Shown: one piece after another, positions 18,071 to 28,197 of the stretch
Position numbering within the stretch: position 1 is the first letter of the stretch
Layout of the letters: each line of letters opens with the position of its first letter
Assembly (NCBI GenBank): GCA_964469165.1
Contig: CAYXXZ010000001.1
Location: 72,405-136,404 of the forward strand
Length of the DNA: 64,000 nt
Direction of reading: 5' to 3'
Source of the DNA: an uncultured Porticoccaceae bacterium
GTDB lineage: Bacteria > Pseudomonadota > Gammaproteobacteria > Pseudomonadales > Porticoccaceae
Made by a program: the position numbers and the translations under genes
Notes under the pieces: generated by a model
Database searches by the model: none
The model's input: the letters and a program-made list of their open reading frames with translations, nothing else
What the model was told of the DNA's origin: nothing

Positions 18071-19317
18071 TGGCCAGGTCGCGCTCGCCATCCCTTCGTC
18101 AGCCGTTGAAGATCCTGTTTCGCAACGACCAGTTCCGCTGGCTGTTTTCGAGCAATTTCGCCCACTTTTTCACGTTCTCGGCCACACTGCTGCTGCGCTC
18201 GCTGCTGGCCTGGGAGATTACCGGCGACGAGATGTCCCTGGCCTGGATCAACCTGGCGGCGGCAGCCTGTATTCTGGTCGGTTCGTTCTTTTCCGGGGCC
18301 GTGATCGACCGCGTGGAGAGGCGCAAGCTGATTCTTCTCGCCCAGTGCGTGCTGATCGTTTCAGACCTGTCGATCGTGATCCTGCTCGCCACCGGCCACC
18401 TGCAGTTCAGCTACCTGGTCATCAGTGCCATGGTGGTGACCTCGACGTCCACCTTCGTGTCTCCTGCGCGCACCGCCATGGTGGTGCAGGTGGTGGAGCG
18501 CCACCAGTTCGGCAAGGCTATGGCGCTGATGGCCGGCGGCGGCAACGTGGCGCGCATGATCAGCCCCGCCGTTGCCGGGCTGATCGTCGACTGGACCAGT
18601 ATTCTCCACGGCTACTTTCTGCTGATTCTGGTGCACTGCTTCACCCTGCTGTGCACCTTCCATTTCAAGGCAAGCCATCCCTACCGGGAAGGTGAGAAGG
18701 AGCCGCTGCTGCGTGAAATTCGCGACGGCTTCGTCTACATTGCCGGCAACCGCCCGCTGGCCATGTGTATTCTGTTCGGGATGCTGCCCATTTTGCTGCT
18801 GGTGCCGTTTCAACACACCATGGTGATCTTCGTCGACCACCTGTGGGGCAGGGGCGCCAGCGGCCTCGGCATCATGATGGCGGCCACCGGCATCGGTGGC
18901 CTCGCGGGCTCCATGTTGATGATGTTCGTCAAGGACGGCAGTCTCGCCAAGCCCTTGATGATCTCCGGAATGCTGGTCGGCCTGTTTTTCATGCTGCTCA
19001 GCCACACGCCCTGGTTCTGGGTTGCGGTGGGCGTGGTGTTCTGCGTATACAGTTCGTCGGTGCTGACCCAGACCCTGATGCAAACCGGTGTACAACTGAT
19101 GACGGACGAAAAATACCGCGGTCGGGTCACCACCATGACCGTGATGTCATACGGGCTCGCCCCCGTCGGCACCTTGCCGCTGGCCTACGCCGCCAAGCAC
19201 ATCGGCCCCGCGTGGGGCATGACCATCACCGCCGTGGTACTCAGTTCGGCCATGCTGGCCATCTGGTTTCTGGCGCCCTCGTTTCGCAAAATCGACGAGG
19301 TCGCCAAAACTCAATAG
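18070..19317 (+). CDS. MFS transporter (MFS_3 / EntS-like), paralogue 2
   Basis: 415 aa, collinear with paralogue 1 (LLRSLLAWEITGDEMSLAWINL....SGAVIDRVERRK). Its ATG overlaps the stop of paralogue 1 (TGATG at 18068-18072). Confidence 0.85.
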   Translation: MARSRSPSLRQPLKILFRNDQFRWLFSSNFAHFFTFSATLLLRSLLAWEITGDEMSLAWINLAAAACILVGSFFSGAVIDRVERRKLILLAQCVLIVSDLSIVILLATGHLQFSYLVISAMVVTSTSTFVSPARTAMVVQVVERHQFGKAMALMAGGGNVARMISPAVAGLIVDWTSILHGYFLLILVHCFTLLCTFHFKASHPYREGEKEPLLREIRDGFVYIAGNRPLAMCILFGMLPILLLVPFQHTMVIFVDHLWGRGASGLGIMMAATGIGGLAGSMLMMFVKDGSLAKPLMISGMLVGLFFMLLSHTPWFWVAVGVVFCVYSSSVLTQTLMQTGVQLMTDEKYRGRVTTMTVMSYGLAPVGTLPLAYAAKHIGPAWGMTITAVVLSSAMLAIWFLAPSFRKIDEVAKTQ

Positions 19318-19371
19318 CCTTTTGGGTGTCTGTTGAGAGGCAAGGGGCTTTTCCCGCACTCTGGTCGCTGC

Positions 19372-21735
19372 ATGAACAAAAAAGGATGGTTGTTGTTGTT
19401 CACAGCGCTGCTCATCGGCGGCGCCTTCATGCTGTTGTCGCAAAAAATTCCCTCACTTCTGGAAAGATGGCTGCACGGCCAGCTCAGCGCCTATGGCGTG
19501 GAATCTTTCCACATCGGCGAGCCCTATTGGGGCCTGAGTGGCGCGGGCACCACGGCGCTCACCCTGAGCGGCCAGTACGACGACTGGCGCTTCACCGTTG
19601 CCGTCGACAATCTGGTGGCCAGCTACCACTGGCGCACCTTGCTGGACGGCGAAATCCATGGCATCGGCGCCGACACCCTCAGTATCCAGCTGGAACAGCA
19701 GCCTTCCGATAAGGCGGTCGAAGAACCCTTCACCCTGGCGCAACTGCTCGATACTCTCGAGGCGCTGCACCTGCCGGTGGCAAAGGTTGCCGTTGCAGGG
19801 CTTGATCTGGATGCGACCCTGGCCGACGTGCACCTTGCCGTGCAGGGCACGGCCATCGGCCTTGCCAATGAGAACGGCGAACTGACCGGCACCTTCCAGG
19901 TGGTCACCGCGATGGAAGATGGCCCAGCGCTGCCGCCCCTGCGTCTGATCGCCAAAGCGGGGGAGTTTCGCTGGCTACCCGACTTCGACGTACGCCTCGA
20001 CGACGACGGGCGCGCCCTGCAAGGCACTCTGGCGCTGAAAACCGTAGCATCTCCGCCCGCTGATCTGGCTCTGGCGTTCTCTGCCCGTTTGCAGCACACC
20101 GATCTGGCTGCGCTGGCAGCACCCGACGCCGCAGTTGGCACGGCGGACACCGCCATCGGCGCGGACGCCACCGCAAGCGGCCACCTGACCCTGGCTCGCG
20201 ACCTGCCCCTCGCCGAGCTTGCACCGCTGGCGCTGCCCATCGATGCCACTGTTGCGGGCCGACTCCACAGTGCGCGCTTTGCCGACCTCGGCCTCGCCGC
20301 AGCACAGCTGTCGTTCGACCTGGCGCTCACCAGCAGCCCCGGCGGTGTGGAAATTCACCTGAACGCGCCGCTGCTGTTGGAGGGCGCACTGGAAGAGGCT
20401 TTCTGGCAGGCGCTCACAACGCCCTTCGATCTCGCCGATGGCGCGCCCCTGGCACTGCGCATCGCGGAAGGCACCGCTTTCGTGCTGCGCACAGACCAGG
20501 AGGAGCAACCCGCAGTGGATGGCAGCGCCGCCGCCATCGCGCTCAGCATCGGCGGCGAAGACGGTCTCAGCGTTCAGGGCCTGCTCGATGAGCTGAAAGT
20601 ACGCGGCGCGGCAATAGCGGCCACCCTGCACGGTGGAGCCACCGTGCCCTGGGCCGGCCATCATCTGCCAGCGCTGACTTTTACGACAAAACTGGCTGTC
20701 AACGAAGAGAGCGTCGCCTTCTCGGGCGGCCTCGCCGTGGAAGAGTGGCAGGTGAGCGGCGAATACCGCGGCACCTACGCGGGCAGCGCCCTCAATGCCG
20801 GGGCGGACATTCGTTTTGGCGATCTTGCCACGCCCGGCGCCCAATTGAGCAAATACGGCATCTACGATGGTGAACTCGCCCTCGCTGCAGGGGAGGGCAG
20901 CCTCAGCGTTCAGCTCACGCAAACCGCCGGCGCTACTTCGGGGCCGCTGCTGAGTCGCTATCACTTCAAGGCCCATGACCTTACCGGCATGGCCGAGGGC
21001 GTTGCCTTCACGGAAGCCGGGGTCGATGCCCTCCTGAGCAACGATGGCAGCCACTGGTCGTCGCCCGAGCCGCTTCGCCTGCATGCGGGCGAAGTTCGCG
21101 CCGGTGTCGTCATGTCCGGGCTCGAAATCAGCGGGCAGCTCAAGAAAAGCGCAAGCTTCGCGCCCAGCCATTGGCGCCTCGACAAATTGGCAGCCGATTT
21201 GTTTGGCGGCCGGGTGGAGCTTGCCGCGCCTGCGGATATCGATTTGCCGTTTTCCGGAAACAGTCTCGATATCGTGCTGTCTAACCTGCGCCTCGATGAA
21301 ATTCTGCGCCTTTACGAGAAACAGGGCGTCAGCGGCACTGGCGTCCTGAATGGCAAAATCCCCCTGGTACTGGAAGAGGAGGGCGTGCGTATCAACAACG
21401 GCAAGCTGGCAAACAGCGGCGATGGCCGCATCGTCTTTACCAGCGCCAAGGCCGAGGCGCTGCAGGCGACCAACCAGCAACTGGCGATGGCGTTGCGTCT
21501 GCTGGAGGACTTCAATTACCGCACACTGAGCATCAGCGCACAGTTCGAGCCTTCTGGCGACATGCTGTTGGGTGTACAGTTGTGGGGCAGCAACCCGGCG
21601 GAGTTCGATGGCCGTCAGGTAAACTTCAACATCAATCTGGAGGAAAACCTGTACGATCTTTTCAAAGTGCTGCAACTGACGGATGAAGTGACCAAAAAAC
21701 TCGAACAGCGGCTGGAACAACAGGGCTACCGCTAG
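19372..21735 (+). CDS. ydbH: YdbH (AsmA-like intermembrane lipid-transport family)
   Basis: N-terminal TM anchor, a long Ala/Gly/Leu-rich body and a conserved C-terminal block (...NG.+.......+..G.L.......G.I......L+.L.+F.Y..L......G...L.+.L.G.NP......V.FN+N+E.N+..L). It is followed by ynbE and ydbL. Confidence 0.8.
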   Translation: MNKKGWLLLFTALLIGGAFMLLSQKIPSLLERWLHGQLSAYGVESFHIGEPYWGLSGAGTTALTLSGQYDDWRFTVAVDNLVASYHWRTLLDGEIHGIGADTLSIQLEQQPSDKAVEEPFTLAQLLDTLEALHLPVAKVAVAGLDLDATLADVHLAVQGTAIGLANENGELTGTFQVVTAMEDGPALPPLRLIAKAGEFRWLPDFDVRLDDDGRALQGTLALKTVASPPADLALAFSARLQHTDLAALAAPDAAVGTADTAIGADATASGHLTLARDLPLAELAPLALPIDATVAGRLHSARFADLGLAAAQLSFDLALTSSPGGVEIHLNAPLLLEGALEEAFWQALTTPFDLADGAPLALRIAEGTAFVLRTDQEEQPAVDGSAAAIALSIGGEDGLSVQGLLDELKVRGAAIAATLHGGATVPWAGHHLPALTFTTKLAVNEESVAFSGGLAVEEWQVSGEYRGTYAGSALNAGADIRFGDLATPGAQLSKYGIYDGELALAAGEGSLSVQLTQTAGATSGPLLSRYHFKAHDLTGMAEGVAFTEAGVDALLSNDGSHWSSPEPLRLHAGEVRAGVVMSGLEISGQLKKSASFAPSHWRLDKLAADLFGGRVELAAPADIDLPFSGNSLDIVLSNLRLDEILRLYEKQGVSGTGVLNGKIPLVLEEEGVRINNGKLANSGDGRIVFTSAKAEALQATNQQLAMALRLLEDFNYRTLSISAQFEPSGDMLLGVQLWGSNPAEFDGRQVNFNINLEENLYDLFKVLQLTDEVTKKLEQRLEQQGYR

Positions 21736-21751
21736 AACACAGGAAATCACT

Positions 21752-21946
21752 ATGGACCTGATAACCAAAGCCGCAGCGGTGCTTGCCTGCACCATGATGC
21801 TCGCGGCCTGTACGCCGACGGTGAAAGTGGAAGCGCCGAGCGAACCCATCACCATCAACCTCAACGTCAAGATCGATCACGAAATCCGCGTCAAGGTGGA
21901 CAAGGATCTGGAGAATATTTTCTCTGAAGACAGCGATCTGTTTTAA
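21752..21946 (+). CDS. ynbE: YnbE family lipoprotein
   Basis: 64 aa with lipobox LAAC, then TP.+.V.AP.EPITIN+NVKI-HEI..K.DKD+E.......DLF, almost collinear with E. coli YnbE as I remember it. Confidence 0.85.
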   Translation: MDLITKAAAVLACTMMLAACTPTVKVEAPSEPITINLNVKIDHEIRVKVDKDLENIFSEDSDLF

Positions 21947-21958
21947 CCAGTCACGGGA

Positions 21959-22333
21959 ATGCATGTCATGAAATTTTTACACACTTCACGTTTTCAGCCA
22001 CTGGCCACCAGCCTGCGCGGCAAAACCGGCGCACTGGTCATCGCACTGCTGCTGAGCGCCAGCCACGCCTTCGCACTGGACTTGCAGGATGCCAAAAATC
22101 AGGGGCTCGTCGGTGAAACCGTCAACGGTTATCTGGGCGCGGTAAAATCGAGTGCAGAGGTCAATACGCTGGTCAATGACATCAACGCAAAACGCAAGGC
22201 GGAATACCAGCGCATTGCCAAACAAAACGGCATCGCGATTTCCGATGTAGAGGCACTGGCGGGCAAAAAGGCCATCGACAAAACGCCCCCCGGCCAATAC
22301 GTCAACGTCACCGGCTCATGGATGAAAAAATAA
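21959..22333 (+). CDS. ydbL: YdbL (DUF1318) periplasmic protein
   Basis: Signal peptide, then L.L.+A+.QG.VGE...GYL.A.......LV..INA.RKA.YQ.+AKQN...+.D+..LAG.K. The start could instead be 21968. Confidence 0.85.
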   Translation: MHVMKFLHTSRFQPLATSLRGKTGALVIALLLSASHAFALDLQDAKNQGLVGETVNGYLGAVKSSAEVNTLVNDINAKRKAEYQRIAKQNGIAISDVEALAGKKAIDKTPPGQYVNVTGSWMKK

Positions 22334-22337
22334 GGCA

Positions 22338-23018
22338 ATGGCTGTCACTCCCTTTGCAGATATTCGCCAGCGAGCCGCACAACGCAAGGGTGGCGATGAC
22401 GAACTCGCGGCCCTTGTATCCGGCGGCATCAAAACGCCGGAGCAACTGACGAAGGAGGATGACAGCCGCTACCTGTCGGCCATGACCCGCGCGGTTTTCA
22501 AGGCCGGTTTCGTGTGGAAAATCATCGATCACAAATGGCCCGGCTTCGAGAGCGCATTCTGGAATTTCAATGTGCTGCGCTGCGCAATGATGAGCCCCGA
22601 CGATTTCGATGCCCTGTGCGAAGATGAGCGCATCGTGCGCAATCGGCAGAAAATTCACACCGTACCGCGCAACGCCGCCATGGTGCTCGACGTGCAGAAA
22701 AGCCACGGCAGCTTCGGTAATTTTCTCGCCACCTGGCCCACGGACGATTTCATTGGCCTGCTGGAATTTTTCAACAAGAAGGGCGCGCGCCTCGGCGGCA
22801 ACAGCGGGCAATATTTTTTGCGCGCGGTGGGTTGCGATGGTTTCGTGCTGAGCCGCGATGGTGTTACCGCGCTGATCAATGCCGGCGTGGTGGACAAGCC
22901 GCCCAGCGGCAAGGCGGCAATGCGAAAAGTGCAGGATGCCTATAATCAATGGCGCACCGAAAGTGGCTGGGGCTATGCGCAGATCAGTCGCACGCTGGCC
23001 ATGTCGATCGATAGTTAG
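22338..23018 (+). CDS. DNA-3-methyladenine glycosylase I-like protein (Adenine_glyco fold; divergent N-terminus)
   Basis: The core +.VF.AGF.W..I..KW..FE.AF..F.......M...D.+.L..D..IVRNR.KI is Tag-like. The N-terminal Cys...YHD.EWG zinc-snap motif of E. coli Tag is not present. Confidence 0.65.
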   Translation: MAVTPFADIRQRAAQRKGGDDELAALVSGGIKTPEQLTKEDDSRYLSAMTRAVFKAGFVWKIIDHKWPGFESAFWNFNVLRCAMMSPDDFDALCEDERIVRNRQKIHTVPRNAAMVLDVQKSHGSFGNFLATWPTDDFIGLLEFFNKKGARLGGNSGQYFLRAVGCDGFVLSRDGVTALINAGVVDKPPSGKAAMRKVQDAYNQWRTESGWGYAQISRTLAMSIDS

Positions 23019-23051
23019 TAATGCTTCAATGTAATTTTGTGGGGTCCACCT

Positions 23052-23082
23052 GTAGGTTGGGCTGAGAAACGAAGCCCAACCT
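23052..23082. repeat. REP family 2 hairpin (GTAGGTTGGG...CCCAACCT)
   Basis: GTAGGTTGGGCTGAGAAACGAAGCCCAACCT. Related copies lie at 38892-38976. Confidence 0.8.
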
Positions 23083-23145
23083 GCAAACTATATGCCTATA
23101 TATCGTAGACGTCACGTTGCCATATCTCGATTTTCCTGCGCGGGT

Positions 23146-23173
23146 GTAGGGGCAATTCATGAATTGCCCCTAC
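23146..23173. repeat. REP family 1, short variant
   Basis: GTAGGGGCAATTCATGAATTGCCCCTAC is a perfect 28-bp palindrome. Confidence 0.9.
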
Positions 23174-23249
23174 GGTATATAGCAGGGATCACCAAGCAGA
23201 ATCGTAGCCTAAAATCCCAACCACTGCGTAATGCAACAAGGAGACAACC

Positions 23250-24317
23250 ATGATAACTACCGAACTTCGCCGTCCCTTTCAGCTTTTATTGATGCTCTGC
23301 TTTTTCGCGGTACCTGGCGTTCATGCGCAGGATAACTGTGACGACCAGAATGCCCTGTGCGGCCTGACCAACGCCGAAGACCTGATCTGGCTGCCCGGCA
23401 ATGAACGCTTCATCGCAAGCCGCACCACCAGCACCGAACCACCGGGAGGACTTTATCTGGTCGATCCCGCAACGCGCACCATCGAAACGCTCTATCCCGG
23501 CGCCAACTCGCGCGATGTTCAGAACAACGAGCTGTTTCCCGCATGCCCCAGCGCGCCGGACGTCAACAATTTCTCAACCCATGGGCTCGATCTCAAAACT
23601 GTCGGCGACAATCACCACCGGCTTTACGTCACCGCCCACGGTGCCCGCGAATCCGTCGAAGTGTTCGACATCGACACCAGTGGCGACACACCTACCGCGA
23701 CCTGGATCGGTTGCGTACTGATGCCGGAAGACGCCTCCATCAACGCCGTCACCATCCTCGAAGATGGCGCCTTCTACACCACGCGCATTTCCACTCAGGG
23801 CGAACCTCCCGGCGCGCAGAGGATGCTCGACGGCGAAATTACCGGCTTTCTGTACGGCTGGCGCCCGGGCGAAGCGGTCGTCGCCGCTGTTGGTACGGAA
23901 ATGTCCGGCCCCAACGGTATCGCCTCGTCGCCTGACGGCCAGTGGCTGTTCGTCGCCGCCTGGGGCGGCAGTGAAGTGGTACGCTTCCAGCGCGACGGAA
24001 CCAACCTGACCAAAAATGCCAGTGTCGCCTTGCCCTTCCGGCCCGACAACCTGCGCTGGACGGAGGAGGGCAGCCTTCTCGCTACCGGCCACAGGCTTGG
24101 TGACCCGGACAACTGCGACAACCCTGGTCCGATCTGCGTCAACGAATGGGAAGTCGCGGAAATCCATCCGCAGGACATGACCGTGGAAATTCTCGCAACC
24201 GGCAAACCCGGCCCCGGCTTCTGGGCCGCCACGGTCGCCCTGCGCGACAAGGACGGCCTGTGGCTGGGCACCTTCCGCGGCGACAGAATTCTGTTTGAAC
24301 CGTTGGGGTCAGAGTAA
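23250..24317 (+). CDS. secreted six-bladed beta-propeller protein (SMP-30/gluconolactonase/arylesterase-like)
   Basis: Signal peptide (LLLMLCFFAVPGVHA). THGLDL...HRLYV..HG.RESVEVF and GPNGIA.SPDG..L+VA resemble paraoxonase/strictosidine-synthase-like propeller repeats. Confidence 0.55.
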   Translation: MITTELRRPFQLLLMLCFFAVPGVHAQDNCDDQNALCGLTNAEDLIWLPGNERFIASRTTSTEPPGGLYLVDPATRTIETLYPGANSRDVQNNELFPACPSAPDVNNFSTHGLDLKTVGDNHHRLYVTAHGARESVEVFDIDTSGDTPTATWIGCVLMPEDASINAVTILEDGAFYTTRISTQGEPPGAQRMLDGEITGFLYGWRPGEAVVAAVGTEMSGPNGIASSPDGQWLFVAAWGGSEVVRFQRDGTNLTKNASVALPFRPDNLRWTEEGSLLATGHRLGDPDNCDNPGPICVNEWEVAEIHPQDMTVEILATGKPGPGFWAATVALRDKDGLWLGTFRGDRILFEPLGSE

Positions 24318-24324
24318 AAACTCT

Positions 24325-24350
24325 GGGGGCAATTCATGAATTGCCCCTAC
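24325..24350. repeat. REP family 1, short variant
   Basis: GGGGGCAATTCATGAATTGCCCCTAC, directly after the stop of the propeller gene. Confidence 0.85.
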
Positions 24351-24368
24351 GATATGCAGCGGAGATCA

Positions 24369-24451
24369 GGGCTGTAACCTGAATTTCTGACTACTGTGCA
24401 AGCCGGAGCACTGGAAGTGCCGAGCTCTGCCAGAATTTACGGCTTACAGCC
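24369..24451. repeat. repeat family 3 (GGCTTACAGC-type long hairpin), copy A
   Basis: GGGCTGTAACCTGAATTTCTG ... CAGAATTTACGGCTTACAGCC inverted arms. The GGCTTACAGC / TAGCCTGAATTTC signature is shared with copies at 44650, 54232 and 59891. Confidence 0.7.
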
Positions 24452-24474
24452 ATCAAGCCGCGATAAAGCGAGCA

Positions 24475-24828
24475 TCATCTATCGGCTTTCCTGAGCGCCA
24501 AACTCGCCGCGTACCTGGCGGTGATGAACTGGGGAATGGAGATAAACATCATGAAAACAATGGCAAACGGCAGCAATGAGAAGTCGCTGCCGTTCAGCAA
24601 GGCGCCCAGCGCCTGCCCGCCCGTCATGGCAAGTACCCAGCGCCAGGGCCTGACCGGAAACCGATAGGCGATGACGAAGATAACGGCACACATGAACGGA
24701 ATGCCCAGGAGATAGTAAGAGCCATCATCCCAGGCTTCGCTTCTGCCCGTGGCCATGACGATCACCAGATAGACGATCAGCCCGCACAGGAAAGTTGCGA
24801 CATAGGGAAAAAGGTGGTTATTTTTCAT
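24475..24828 (-). CDS. hypothetical small membrane protein (about 4 TM)
   Basis: 117 aa, hydrophobic throughout. No motif recognised. Confidence 0.5.
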   Translation of the reverse strand: MKNNHLFPYVATFLCGLIVYLVIVMATGRSEAWDDGSYYLLGIPFMCAVIFVIAYRFPVRPWRWVLAMTGGQALGALLNGSDFSLLPFAIVFMMFISIPQFITARYAASLALRKADR

Positions 24829-24846
24829 GGCATTCCCTTTGTTCTA

Positions 24847-24906
24847 TGTAAATGTAAGAGGCTCTTTGTAAATGTAACAAGCTCTTGGTAAATATAAGAA
24901 AACAGG
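24847..24906. repeat. 3 x 20-bp tandem direct repeat at the left edge of the R-M island
   Basis: TGTAAATGTAAGAGGCTCTT / TGTAAATGTAACAAGCTCTT / GGTAAATATAAGAAAACAGG. It lies between the hsdR stop (24912) and the start of the membrane-protein gene (24828). Confidence 0.8.
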
Positions 24907-24911
24907 GCGTG

Positions 24912-27900
24912 TCACAGCTCTCCCCCCACTCCCTTGAACTTTTCAACGAAGGCAGCAATCCTCTGAAAGATACTTTGTTTCTTCGTCAGATACTGAGGGC
25001 TCAATGGACTCATTCTGGGAAGAACGCTGTTCAGCTCGGTGCCATTGTCACTGGCAAACTCCCGCTTCAGCGAGATGGCGATATAGCGCCTTGCTGCTTC
25101 CGCATTCAGGTTTTCATCGTCGATCAGTCTCTGCGCCTCACGCTGCTGTTCTGCGCGTGCAAAGGTGAAGAAGGCATCGATGATGCTGGCCTTGTCGGGA
25201 ATCTCATCCAGATCAGCCTGGTTGATGAAATCCACCACGAGACTCTCTTTGGCCCGGTTGCCCAGGCTGGCGCGGATCATGCGACGCACCTCTTCGACCA
25301 GATCAGCCTTGTTTCTGGTTTTCTTGTTGTGGTCAAAGATCAGCTCAAGGATGTAGTCCAGATTGATTTCCTGGGACTTGAGCAGATCCACTTCAAACAC
25401 TACGTCATCCCAGTCGATGGTGGACTGGTCTTTATTGTTGCCCGCTCTTTCCCTTCTCAGCCAATCGCGAATATCATTGTAGGTCGATTTGTAATCCTGA
25501 ATCTTGCGATCGGCAGGCAGCCTGATACTCTGCATTGCGGCCAGGTCATCGTCATCCAGGTAATGCTGTGCCTTGAATGCTTCCACAACGTCGGGATCGT
25601 TGAGATCAATGGTCTGCAGGGCCTTCAGGCTGGCAAATTCATCGAAATTCTGCAGAATGTTTTCTACCCGCAGATATTCGCCAAACAGCTTGGTAAATTC
25701 CTTCTTGTCCTTCTCCTTGAGGATCTTGTCCGGCTCAGGGAAGCGCTGTTCCAGCTCTGACACCACATCCATAAAGCCACGGCGTGCTTCACCGGTGACG
25801 ATATCGGTAAAGCCCTCCATGTATTCCTTGTAGCTCTTCTCCAGCACCACGTTCTTGGTGTTCTTGTCACCGAACAGGGTGATGGCATCGATAGTGGCTT
25901 TTTCGAGATCGCGGAAGGTGACGATATTTCCGAAGGTCTTGGTCGCATCATAAATCCGATTGGTGCGCGAGTAGGCCTGGATCAGACCGTGGTAACGCAG
26001 GTTCTTGTCGACAAACAGTGTGTTGAGCCTGGGCGCGTCGAACCCTGTCAGGAACATGCCCACCACAATCAGCAGATCGACCTCTCTGGATTTAACCCGC
26101 TTGGCCAGATCACGGTAGTAATTCTGGAAGCCGCTGCTGTCCACACCGAAGCTTGTCTTGAAGAATGCGTTGTAATCGTTGATAGCGGCACTCAGGAATT
26201 CCTTGGCACTACTGTTCATGGCCGAAACATCGAAGCTCTCGTCCTTAATATCGCCAATGGCATCCTGCTCCTCGTTGGCGGCAAAGGAAAAGATGGTGGC
26301 GATCTTCAGCGGCTTCTCGCTGGTCGTTTGCAACTGGCTCAGTGTCTCATAATAAAGCTTGGCCGCATCCACGCTGCTGACCGCAAACATGGCATTGAAG
26401 CCCCTCGCACCTGACTGCAGGCGATGGGTTTTCTGCCGGTAGTGGTTGAGAATATACTGCGATATCTCGCGGATACGCTCGGGATGCAGTAGAGCCTGGC
26501 GGTTCTCCGCTGCTGTCAGCTTCTGCTCATCCTGCTCGCTCTCGATCCCCTTGAACTGCGGGCGCACATCGTTGTAGTCCACCTTGAGCTTGAGCACCTT
26601 CTCATCACGGATGGCATCGGTAATCACGTAGGAGTGCAACTCGCGGCCAAACACGCTGGCGGTGGTTTCCGCGCCCAGGGCATTCTGCGGGAAAATCGGC
26701 GTACCGGTAAAACCGAACTGGTAGAACCTCTTGAACTTCTTCAGGTTCTTCTGCGCTTCACCAAACTGGCTGCGGTGGCACTCGTCGAAGATGAACACCA
26801 CCTGCTTGCGGTAGATCGGCAAATCCCCTTCGCCTTTCATCAGGTTGTTGAGCTTCTGGATGGTGGTAACGATGATCTTGTTGTCATCCTTGTCGATATT
26901 GCGCTTGAGCCCGGCGGTGCTATCCGAGCCGTTGACACTGTCCGGCGAAAAGCGCTGGTATTCCTTCATGGTCTGGTAGTCCAGGTCTTTCCTGTCTACC
27001 ACGAAAAACACCTTGTCGATGAAATCTAGCTCAGTCGCCAGCCGCGCTGCCTTGAAGCTGGTCAGGGTCTTGCCGGAGCCGGTGGTATGCCAGATAAAGC
27101 CACCGCTTTCCGGCTTGCTCCAGTTTCTGGCGTTATGGGAGCTGTTGATCTTCCACAGAATGCGCTCGGTAGCAGCAATCTGGTATGGGCGCATCACCAG
27201 CAAAGTATCGCTGACATCAAACACCGAGTATTTCAGCAGGACTTCCAGCAGGGTCTTTCTCTGGAAGAAGGTGGCGGTGAAGTCCTTCAGATCCTTGATG
27301 GGCTGGTTGTCCGACAGCGCCCAGTTCATGGTGAAGTCGAAGCTGTTCTTGTCCCGCCGGGTAGTATTGGCGAAGTAGCGCGTATCAGTGCCGTTGGAAA
27401 TCACGAACAGCTGCAGGTACTTGTACAGCGAATTGTCGCTGTTGAAGCTCTCCTTGCTGTAGCGGTGCACCTGGTTGAAGGCTTCGCGAATGGCTACACC
27501 GCGCCTTTTCAGCTCTACCTGCACCAGCGGCAGACCGTTGACCAGGATGGTCACGTCATAGCGGTTGGCATGAGTTCCGGTTTGCTCGAACTGCTTGATC
27601 ACCTGCAGTTTGTTGCGCGCCGGGTTTTTCTTGTCCAGCAGATAGATATTCTGAATGCGGCCATCGTCAAACACGAAGTCATGGATGTAGTCGTCATGAA
27701 TCTTGCGGGTCTTGTCGAGAATGCCGTCGCTGGGCTTGTCCAGAAAGATCTCGACAAAGCGCAGCCACTCGCCCTCGCTGAAGGCCACAGCGTTCAACGC
27801 CTGTAGCTGTGTGCGCACATTGGCCAGCATGGTCTGGGCGCTGTTCAGGCCCGGCAGGTATTCGTACCCCTGATTTTCAAGATCAGTGATGAACTCCCGC

Positions 27901-28007
27901 TCCAGATCACCTTCACTCTGGTAGCTATCCACCACCTGCCATTCTCGGCGGTAGCTGTCGAGCACAATAAAATGGTTGGTTTCGGCGATGGTTTTGTAAT
28001 CAGTCAT
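24912..28007 (-). CDS. hsdR: type I restriction enzyme R subunit, type IC (EcoR124-like)
   Basis: 1031 aa with nuclease motif and DEAD/SF2 motifs ([20 protein letters not shown]). Long stretches ([18 protein letters not shown]+[45 protein letters not shown]) match my recollection of EcoR124I HsdR nearly residue for residue. Confidence 0.95.
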   Translation of the reverse strand: MTDYKTIAETNHFIVLDSYRREWQVVDSYQSEGDLEREFITDLENQGYEYLPGLNSAQTMLANVRTQLQALNAVAFSEGEWLRFVEIFLDKPSDGILDKTRKIHDDYIHDFVFDDGRIQNIYLLDKKNPARNKLQVIKQFEQTGTHANRYDVTILVNGLPLVQVELKRRGVAIREAFNQVHRYSKESFNSDNSLYKYLQLFVISNGTDTRYFANTTRRDKNSFDFTMNWALSDNQPIKDLKDFTATFFQRKTLLEVLLKYSVFDVSDTLLVMRPYQIAATERILWKINSSHNARNWSKPESGGFIWHTTGSGKTLTSFKAARLATELDFIDKVFFVVDRKDLDYQTMKEYQRFSPDSVNGSDSTAGLKRNIDKDDNKIIVTTIQKLNNLMKGEGDLPIYRKQVVFIFDECHRSQFGEAQKNLKKFKRFYQFGFTGTPIFPQNALGAETTASVFGRELHSYVITDAIRDEKVLKLKVDYNDVRPQFKGIESEQDEQKLTAAENRQALLHPERIREISQYILNHYRQKTHRLQSGARGFNAMFAVSSVDAAKLYYETLSQLQTTSEKPLKIATIFSFAANEEQDAIGDIKDESFDVSAMNSSAKEFLSAAINDYNAFFKTSFGVDSSGFQNYYRDLAKRVKSREVDLLIVVGMFLTGFDAPRLNTLFVDKNLRYHGLIQAYSRTNRIYDATKTFGNIVTFRDLEKATIDAITLFGDKNTKNVVLEKSYKEYMEGFTDIVTGEARRGFMDVVSELEQRFPEPDKILKEKDKKEFTKLFGEYLRVENILQNFDEFASLKALQTIDLNDPDVVEAFKAQHYLDDDDLAAMQSIRLPADRKIQDYKSTYNDIRDWLRRERAGNNKDQSTIDWDDVVFEVDLLKSQEINLDYILELIFDHNKKTRNKADLVEEVRRMIRASLGNRAKESLVVDFINQADLDEIPDKASIIDAFFTFARAEQQREAQRLIDDENLNAEAARRYIAISLKREFASDNGTELNSVLPRMSPLSPQYLTKKQSIFQRIAAFVEKFKGVGGEL

Positions 28008-28150
28008 TGCTTGCTGGTATCCCGGTCAGGTGGCTGTCTGTCACGTATCTGCACTGACATTTCAGCCCGCTTTCTTTCTGCACAAGGGTTGTCCTTGGAA
28101 ACTGCAGAAAACAACAATCTGTTGTTTTTATTGAACTTTTTAAACGACAC

Positions 28151-28188
28151 CTTTCTGCATCCTTTCTGCATCTTTGCCTTTCTGCATC
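28151..28188. promoter_or_regulatory. three direct CTTTCTGCATC repeats in the hsdR upstream region
   Basis: Copies at 28151-28161, 28162-28172 and 28178-28188, plus a degenerate copy CTTTCTGCAC at 28074-28083. All lie in the 190-bp gap that should carry the hsdR promoter. Confidence 0.4.
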
Positions 28189-28197
28189 CTGGCGTGG

